From the IMG/VR virus record IMGVR_UViG_3300035670_000075, positions 1 through 64,000 of that record: a stretch of DNA of 64,000 nucleotides. One strand, 5' to 3'. This stretch comes from a virus. Below the pieces are notes generated by a model that was not told the DNA's origin, did no database searches, and saw only the letters and a program-made list of their open reading frames with translations. This document shows positions 58,338 to 64,000 of this stretch, in pieces (position 1 is the first letter of the stretch; each line of letters opens with the position of its first letter). The translations under genes were made by a program, and so were the position numbers.

Positions 58338-59346
58338 CAGCCTCGATTAATGAAGATTCAGCACACGCACTGGTGCCGTAACCGCGCACTTCAGCGCACA
58401 GGTACGGCGATAGCAGGTGCAGAACCTCATCTGGAATATAAGAAAAACGGCTCAAGTCGGTGCTGTTAGATGTCTCGAACTCGACTTTTACCGCCTCGAA
58501 TACATCGACTTTCTTGACGGGCAAATCTTTGCCAGCCGGTTGCGCTTCTTGTTCGGAGAACATATCGCCGCGCAGAAAATTAATTGCCAGTAATGCGTTG
58601 GCATCGCTAAAAGCTTTTGGCGTTACGCTACTGGCTGGCATCGTCGCGGCGCGGTCTTCGCAAATCGTGCTGCCGCGATATAACGACCACTCACGCGGAA
58701 ATGATAGTCCTGGCTCGTAATACATGGTTAGCGTGGCATTGGCTGTCTCGTCCACTGACGGCGCATTCACCACTGTCAACACATGTGGGTCGGCGCTGGT
58801 ATTCAGGTCAACAACGGTAAACTTGCCGTTGTTACCATCATTACTGAAGCCAGTTAAATTCAGCGTGCCGTCTTGAGTGTAATCAGCCCAAGTAAAAGCA
58901 TTGTCCGCTGCTGGCGCGGTAAAGCACGAATTGAGATTGTCCGCCGTCACGCTGCCGGTATAACTACGCGCACGAAGAGTCGGCGGCGTACCGCATATCG
59001 CCTCAAGCCCACTCAGGATTGATGCCGCGCGATTCAGTGATTGCTGAATTAATACGTTTTCCGCTGCTGCTTTTGCGTTTGCGCCATCATTGATCGGCGC
59101 TGCCGTCCACGTCGCAAAATCTTTGAAATACCATGCGCCATCAGTACCGCCGTGAATCGCGGCGCGATTACTGGCTGACACTTGCGTTGTACCGAATACT
59201 CCGGCGACGTAATCGCCATTCGCATCAATCGCCCACGTCAGATACGAATAGCCGCCCCTGCGGGCGGCGTACATTCTGAAGTAATCGACTGTCACCAGCG
59301 ATGTTTGCGTGGGTGATAGTGCGGTTGCATCGAAGTAGACGGTCAT
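58312..59346 (-). CDS. head-tail adaptor (DnaT-like family) with inserted domains
   Basis: VTVDYF..Y..RRG, LNRAASIL, LSFPR, KKVDV...KVEF, LLSPYL; lies downstream of the capsid gene. Confidence 0.7.
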   Translation of the reverse strand: MTVYFDATALSPTQTSLVTVDYFRMYAARRGGYSYLTWAIDANGDYVAGVFGTTQVSASNRAAIHGGTDGAWYFKDFATWTAAPINDGANAKAAAENVLIQQSLNRAASILSGLEAICGTPPTLRARSYTGSVTADNLNSCFTAPAADNAFTWADYTQDGTLNLTGFSNDGNNGKFTVVDLNTSADPHVLTVVNAPSVDETANATLTMYYEPGLSFPREWSLYRGSTICEDRAATMPASSVTPKAFSDANALLAINFLRGDMFSEQEAQPAGKDLPVKKVDVFEAVKVEFETSNSTDLSRFSYIPDEVLHLLSPYLCAEVRGYGTSACAESSLIEAGDGGDDWW

Positions 59347-59353
59347 ATCAACC

Positions 59354-59638
59354 TTAAGTCACCCGCAGCTTGGGGTCTGCTTTCAATTCTGCCAACATAC
59401 TTTCAGTCAGGTCGGCAAGTTGCAAAACCGTTGGTTTGCGTCCGAAGTTCATTCCGCAGCGCCAACGACTGTCTTGCATCGCGACCACCGTGATTTCGGT
59501 TTGGCTTGATTGCGGTGATGGCTCTTTAGTTTCCGATGCTACTGACTGAAGCGCATCGACTTGATCTGGCTCGCCTGCTTGCGCGCTTTTGCGTCCACGG
59601 CGTTTTGCCGGTTCTTCAGTGAGTTCTTCGCTCATCAT
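59354..59638 (-). CDS. Mu gp35/HI1506-like protein
   Basis: RWRCGMNFGRKPT...LT...LAELKADPKLRV. Confidence 0.75.
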   Translation of the reverse strand: MMSEELTEEPAKRRGRKSAQAGEPDQVDALQSVASETKEPSPQSSQTEITVVAMQDSRWRCGMNFGRKPTVLQLADLTESMLAELKADPKLRVT

Positions 59639-59686
59639 CGTCTCCAGTTTGTGACGCGGCGCAAACCTCGCGCCGCGTCATTCAGC

Positions 59687-60577
59687 TTAATCCAGGTACT
59701 CGGATACCAGGACTTCGACGTTGTTCCAGTCGGGGTTGGTTGCGCCACTTGCCAAACGCTCGACCTTGATGACCTCGTTCGCGGCAGACTCGTTGCTCGG
59801 ACCGCACACCAACAAGGTTGGGCGGATACCCAGCGGACGGCCTTTGTCGCTCTTCAGGGTTTTCATCGCGGCGCGCGCTGCGCGGTAGTTGGTGGCGTCT
59901 AAGGTAGCATTGCTACGATACGCCATTTGCCAAAAACCGTAACCGCCATTGACGCGAGCATCGACGCCGTACAGGTATTCGTTGCGATGGAAAACGTTTT
60001 CATCGGTTTCGTCTACTTTGCTGACGAAGTTATAGCCCTTGCGCACCTGGAAGATAAACGGCTTCAACGGGCGACGGGTATCCAGCAAGAACCACGGCTT
60101 ACCGGCACCGGATTGATAGTTGGAAGTGGCGACAATACTGCCTGCCTCACCAACCGGATGATCAGTATCGAAGAATGCCTGACCGTCGTAGCAGTTATTG
60201 GTCGTGCCGTTCACCAGCAAATCGAAAACGATTTGGTCTGGATGCGTTGCGGCGGCGTAACCCATTTCCTGCATCATCGGCGAGTAGATGCCGTAGTTGT
60301 CATCTTCGATGTCGTCGCGCGACACACCAACTGTGGCTTCATGGCGCTTGTTGCTGATGGTGTAGTCATGTGCTGCCATGCTTTGAATTTGGCGGTCGCC
60401 AATCCATTCGCGCATTTGCGGGAACTGACCCAGCCAGGCATAACGGTTTTGCGAGCTAGTGCTAGGCACCATCGTCGCCAGCATGTTCCAGCGCGATTCC
60501 GCCATGCGGAACCCCATGTTGAACGCGGCGTTGTAAGCGATAAACAGATCGCTCAGGTTACTGCGATTGATGATCAT
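59687..60577 (-). CDS. major capsid protein, Mu gpT-like
   Basis: YAWLGQFPQMREWIGDR, CYDGQAFFDTDHPV, PWFLLDTRRPLKPFIFQ, YGVDARVNGGYGFWQMA; AAGGAG RBS. Confidence 0.95.
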   Translation of the reverse strand: MIINRSNLSDLFIAYNAAFNMGFRMAESRWNMLATMVPSTSSQNRYAWLGQFPQMREWIGDRQIQSMAAHDYTISNKRHEATVGVSRDDIEDDNYGIYSPMMQEMGYAAATHPDQIVFDLLVNGTTNNCYDGQAFFDTDHPVGEAGSIVATSNYQSGAGKPWFLLDTRRPLKPFIFQVRKGYNFVSKVDETDENVFHRNEYLYGVDARVNGGYGFWQMAYRSNATLDATNYRAARAAMKTLKSDKGRPLGIRPTLLVCGPSNESAANEVIKVERLASGATNPDWNNVEVLVSEYLD

Positions 60578-60587
60578 GTCTATCTCC

Positions 60588-60998
60588 TTACTTGATTTCG
60601 ACCCAGACACCCGTGGTGTCTAAATCGACAATTTTGCCAGCGGCGGATCGCGTGCCAGTGCCGTCGGTTTTCGCAACGGTTTGGTCATCGACGATATAGC
60701 AAGTGTCGCCAATTTGCGCTGCGGTGATTTCGTCAGCCGCCGCCGAGTTACCAAAGCGGAACACGCCTTTGCGTACCAGCACGTTGACGGCACCATCAGC
60801 GCCAGCCGAGTTATCGACCGTTGCTTGGTAAACGCCATCTGCAATCAAGCCGGTTGCGGTGCTGCCGGGCGCGGAATAACCCGTCGCATTCAACACGGCG
60901 ATACCGCCTGCGTAGCAAGTGGTGGTCGCGGCAACCGGACGGTTGAACTCGTCGCCTTTGCGCTCAGGGGTGGCGCGGTCTGCGGTTAAAGCTGCCAT
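60588..60998 (-). CDS. capsid cement/decoration protein
   Basis: ALTADRATP, VDNSAGADG, IGDTCYIVDDQTV, GVWV. Confidence 0.85.
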   Translation of the reverse strand: MAALTADRATPERKGDEFNRPVAATTTCYAGGIAVLNATGYSAPGSTATGLIADGVYQATVDNSAGADGAVNVLVRKGVFRFGNSAAADEITAAQIGDTCYIVDDQTVAKTDGTGTRSAAGKIVDLDTTGVWVEIK

Positions 60999-61001
60999 GT
61001 G

Positions 61002-61622
61002 TTAGCCCCCCATCAGCAGGTTGTTTTTGGAGCGCACTTGCTGTGCGGATTTTTTGAACGCATCAGCATCCAAGCCCATTTGACGCGCGATGGTAGACTG
61101 CGCGATGGTCAAGCCGCTGTCTTCGTCGTATTCGTGGACGCCGCCGGTTTGAGAAGCTGCAAACGCACGCATCGGCGTACATGCCGCCAAATACTCTTTC
61201 AGTCCGTCGATGTTTTGCGCACCCATGCGCTTAGCCCAGGTGACTTCGGCTTGGCTGACCAGCTTGCCGCTGGCTTGAGCTTCGGCAATCAGGGATTCCA
61301 ACTCGCGGGCTTTCGCGTCGCGCTCTTGGGCTTCCAGTTTTTCCGTCAGCTTGGCGATGATTTCTTTCTGCTCCATCAGCACACTCTGATCGGGCAGAAC
61401 ATCATTACCTTTGGTAGTTGCGGCGGGGGCAGCAGTGGATTGTTTATCGGCAAGAATTGCCGCGATTTTTTCGTCTTGCGCTTTCAAGTTGGCTTGCATC
61501 GTTTCGATAGCGGAGGATGCTTTGGCGGACTTGGCGATCAGATTACCGACCGCCTCAGCCACCGCGTCATCGCCAGCATCTTCCGGCAGGCCAAGCGCAG
61601 TTTTCATTGCTTGATAGTCCAT
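61002..61622 (-). CDS. scaffolding protein from an in-frame internal start
   Basis: AGGAG RBS 7 nt before internal ATG (MDYQAMKTALGLP); C-terminus resembles Mu I/Z. Confidence 0.7.
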   Translation of the reverse strand: MDYQAMKTALGLPEDAGDDAVAEAVGNLIAKSAKASSAIETMQANLKAQDEKIAAILADKQSTAAPAATTKGNDVLPDQSVLMEQKEIIAKLTEKLEAQERDAKARELESLIAEAQASGKLVSQAEVTWAKRMGAQNIDGLKEYLAACTPMRAFAASQTGGVHEYDEDSGLTIAQSTIARQMGLDADAFKKSAQQVRSKNNLLMGG

Positions 61623-62471
61623 TGAATGACTCCTGTTTTGAGTTTGCTTGGATTGACTGGGTGATAACTCGCTGATCACGGATTCCAGGCTACCCAACCT
61701 GTCCGCCAGCCCTGCTTCAACAGCCTTGGCTCCCGTCAGGATGCCGCCGCCACCGAATCTATTAAGAACTGTGTCGATTGATACGCCACGGTTTCGCGCC
61801 ACATCACGCACGAACACATCGGCTAAATCGTCCACGTTTTGTTGAATTTGCGAGCGCCCGTCTTCCGTCGCCGGATCGGGGCGTTTATTCGGGGATTGCG
61901 ATGACACGATTTCGTGCTCAACAACGCCAAGCCCCTCTTTCATCTTCCGGCTGTCAACATAAGTAGCAACAACACCGATAGAACCCAGTTGCGCGGTTTT
62001 ATCAACCACGATGTCGCCCTTCTTGACTGCGCTGGACAGCCAGTACGCAGCACTTGCCGCCATGCCACCAACGTAGGCTATGATTCGCTTCTGCTTGGCG
62101 TAGGCGCGAATGTGGGACGCCAACTCGCTAATCCCGGTGACATGCCCGCCTGGGCTGTCAACCAATAACACGATGCCGTTGACTTCCGGGTTATCGACCG
62201 CAGCGGAGATGTCTTTTGCCAACACTTCGACCGACGTTGCGCCGCTGATTTCCGTCATTAAATTGGCTTTGGGGAAAATCGCGCCTTCAATTGGAATGAT
62301 TGCAACGCCATCCCGATAGGTGACAGTGCGTGTATATTGCAGCGGCTCGCCACCACGCATCAGAACTGAGTGGTACTCGTTCTCGCGCTGCGCAATCGTG
62401 CGAATCATCTCCAGCCATTCGGCTGTAATCAGCCACGGCGCGGAGTCGATGAGGTGAATTAACGGTTTCAT
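61002..62471 (-). CDS. S49-family capsid maturation protease fused to scaffold
   Basis: VDSPGG, MAASAAYWL, GSIGVV, FVRDVARNRG, GLADRLG; start at MKPLI is uncertain. Confidence 0.88.
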   Translation of the reverse strand: MKPLIHLIDSAPWLITAEWLEMIRTIAQRENEYHSVLMRGGEPLQYTRTVTYRDGVAIIPIEGAIFPKANLMTEISGATSVEVLAKDISAAVDNPEVNGIVLLVDSPGGHVTGISELASHIRAYAKQKRIIAYVGGMAASAAYWLSSAVKKGDIVVDKTAQLGSIGVVATYVDSRKMKEGLGVVEHEIVSSQSPNKRPDPATEDGRSQIQQNVDDLADVFVRDVARNRGVSIDTVLNRFGGGGILTGAKAVEAGLADRLGSLESVISELSPSQSKQTQNRSHSMDYQAMKTALGLPEDAGDDAVAEAVGNLIAKSAKASSAIETMQANLKAQDEKIAAILADKQSTAAPAATTKGNDVLPDQSVLMEQKEIIAKLTEKLEAQERDAKARELESLIAEAQASGKLVSQAEVTWAKRMGAQNIDGLKEYLAACTPMRAFAASQTGGVHEYDEDSGLTIAQSTIARQMGLDADAFKKSAQQVRSKNNLLMGG

Positions 62472-62567
62472 GTATCGGATAATAACCTGTTTATTTTTGC
62501 AAGTCATTGTTATAATGGTAAAAATAGCCTGCTAGGTAGCTATGTATAAACTATAGAGGATTATGCG

Positions 62568-62789
62568 ATGACAGATTTGCCAGTAAACGAAGATAAACCA
62601 GCGAAGCCAGTGACAGCAGAACAGCAGGTGGTGCAGCTTAATGTGCGCGTGCCGCTGCACATGAGAATAAAGCTGTCTGCGCTGTCAGAAATAAATGGCG
62701 TTGACATGCAGGAACTTGTGCAGCAGTGGATTGCAGAGAAGTTGATTGAAAGCGAGGACGAGGTGCGGAAGTTTTTAAGTTTTCGTTGA
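62568..62789 (+). CDS. ribbon-helix-helix-like DNA-binding protein
   Basis: VQLNVRVPLHMRIKL...MQELVQQWI; GAGGA RBS; TGTTATAAT at 62508-62516. Confidence 0.65.
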   Translation: MTDLPVNEDKPAKPVTAEQQVVQLNVRVPLHMRIKLSALSEINGVDMQELVQQWIAEKLIESEDEVRKFLSFR

Positions 62790-62867
62790 TTTTTGTTGTG
62801 TTTATTTGTGTTAACGTGTAAACTATTGCTACTTGTTGCTTGATACAAAAAACAGGAGTGATCTGAT

Positions 62868-63236
62868 ATGGCAATGAACAAAACAGAAAAAGCTAAAATG
62901 CAAGAGCTTGAAGAGCAGATTCAGATTGCGCTGGCGCTACGCTGGACGGAAAAAGTGCTGCCTGACGTGGAAAAGCCCGAATCGTTTTCAAATAAAATAG
63001 CGAGAGGCTTTCTTTTCAACGCTTATACAGGTCAAGTAGATGAGATGTGGTCAGAATCTATACGCCACGGATATGCTACATCGCCTCAGCGCGGCTCTCA
63101 GGGCGGCATCAGCATGTACAGCACAAGGCTGTTGGCGTTAAAAGCGCTGCGCCACGCGGTAGAAGTGCGCAGTGCTGAGGCTCTGCGCGGCATTGATAAG
63201 AGAATTGCTGCTGAGTTGGCAGCGGATAATAAGTAA
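62868..63236 (+). CDS. phage hypothetical protein
   Basis: AGGAG RBS; 122 aa. Confidence 0.75.
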   Translation: MAMNKTEKAKMQELEEQIQIALALRWTEKVLPDVEKPESFSNKIARGFLFNAYTGQVDEMWSESIRHGYATSPQRGSQGGISMYSTRLLALKALRHAVEVRSAEALRGIDKRIAAELAADNK

Positions 63237-63337
63237 AATATTTCTACTGGAGTCTAGGTTGCAATGGATACCATTCTTGTGTTGTGCATCTTTATTTGTG
63301 GAACGGTGTCGGCTGTACCGCTAAGTTAGGGGTTATT

Positions 63338-63520
63338 ATGAATGAGAAAGAGTTGCTTGAGATAATCAACGCATACAAAAACGATATTTTATCCAACGAT
63401 GGAGATAAAGCAGATCGTTTTTTAATGATGCTTGCAAAAGAAGTTGAACGTCAAACACGCCATAAAGCAGTGAAAATTGCTTACGATATGGCAGAGAAAA
63501 TTAGCGATCTGAACTCCTAA
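63338..63520 (+). CDS. hypothetical protein within a cassette-like unit
   Basis: AGGGG RBS; stop TAA lies inside CCTAAC. Confidence 0.65.
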   Translation: MNEKELLEIINAYKNDILSNDGDKADRFLMMLAKEVERQTRHKAVKIAYDMAEKISDLNS

Positions 63521-63614
63521 CGCCGAGCTAAGCCTACCGGTGCTGCCGGTCAACTTGAACCAAAACCGAAAAATCTCGGCGGCACCGGGTCGGCCTTGAG
63601 CGATAAGTTATGGC
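63515..63614 (-). mobile_element. integron attC-like recombination site
   Basis: Minus strand: GCCATAAC-TTATC-GCTCAAGG-CCGACCCGGTGCCGCCG...CGGCAGCACCGGTAG-GCTTAGC-TCGGC-GTTAGGA, i.e. R''-L''...L'-R' with the extra C in L''. Confidence 0.75.
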
Positions 63615-63807
63615 AGATATTACAATGTGCATCAATCAAGCATGTGATATGCGTGAAGACTGCTATAGAGCAAAAGCGACACCTGCTGTTTTCCAAAGTT
63701 TGTGTTTTTTTGCTCCGATAAACGGTAATTGCGAGAATTATATTGAGTATAAGCAGCACACTAAAAAAGCAAAAAATACTGGTATTTGTAGCCATAACGC
63801 TTTATAG
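63610..63807 (+). CDS. small Cys-rich phage protein within a cassette-like unit
   Basis: MADITMC....C.MREDCYR; ATG lies within GTTATGGC. Confidence 0.7.
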   Translation: MADITMCINQACDMREDCYRAKATPAVFQSLCFFAPINGNCENYIEYKQHTKKAKNTGICSHNAL

Positions 63808-63885
63808 CCAGAAAAACTTCCGCCATATTAGATAATAGCCATTAAATACGGAGACAATGAATATTTTTTAGCTTGGTATGAAGCG

Positions 63886-64000
63886 CTATGATTTACCTAC
63901 AACAACAAGCTCACTCCACGCAACCCAATCAGCATCAAACACCATTCCATTGCCATCAACAACACCGACCAACGCCGACGTATTGATATTATCAACATCC
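63886..64000 (-). CDS. 3' end of a gene running off the window
   Basis: Open frame ...DVDNINTSALVGVVDGNGMVFDADWVAWSELVVVGKS*. Confidence 0.4.
   Translation of the reverse strand, partial: DVDNINTSALVGVVDGNGMVFDADWVAWSELVVVGKS

Noticed and set aside
59687-60998. Transposable Mu-like prophage
   Set aside because: Only head genes are Mu-like; no transposase A/B or Mu-type contractile tail genes in the window

Overview
The whole window is tailed-phage DNA, most likely a large siphovirus of a proteobacterial host. No host housekeeping genes, terminase, portal or integrase are visible. Minus-strand morphogenesis genes include an S49 protease/scaffold, capsid cement protein, Mu gpT-like major capsid, head-tail adaptor, fibre-like proteins, holin, frameshifted tail chaperones G/GT, tail terminator, tail tube, an 8036-aa tape measure protein (TMP) and distal tail genes. 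These are broken up by accessory islands carrying a strawberry-notch helicase, HAD phosphatase, two DNA methyltransferases, an HU-like protein, DHFR and a complete tmRNA. Most notable are: (i) tmRNA followed 24 nt later by a stand-alone ClpX zinc-binding-domain protein; (ii) a translationally coupled operon of membrane-anchored transglycosylase/peptidase, polytopic coiled-coil protein and FtsK ATPase, with a divergent regulator and operator-like palindromes; (iii) the giant TMP with an internal zincin motif and an internal duplication; (iv) integron attC-type cassette boundaries near the right end; (v) dispersed REP/REPIN-like palindromes; (vi) a LapG-like cysteine protease in the lysis cassette. 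All family calls come from motif recognition by eye; no database searches were run.
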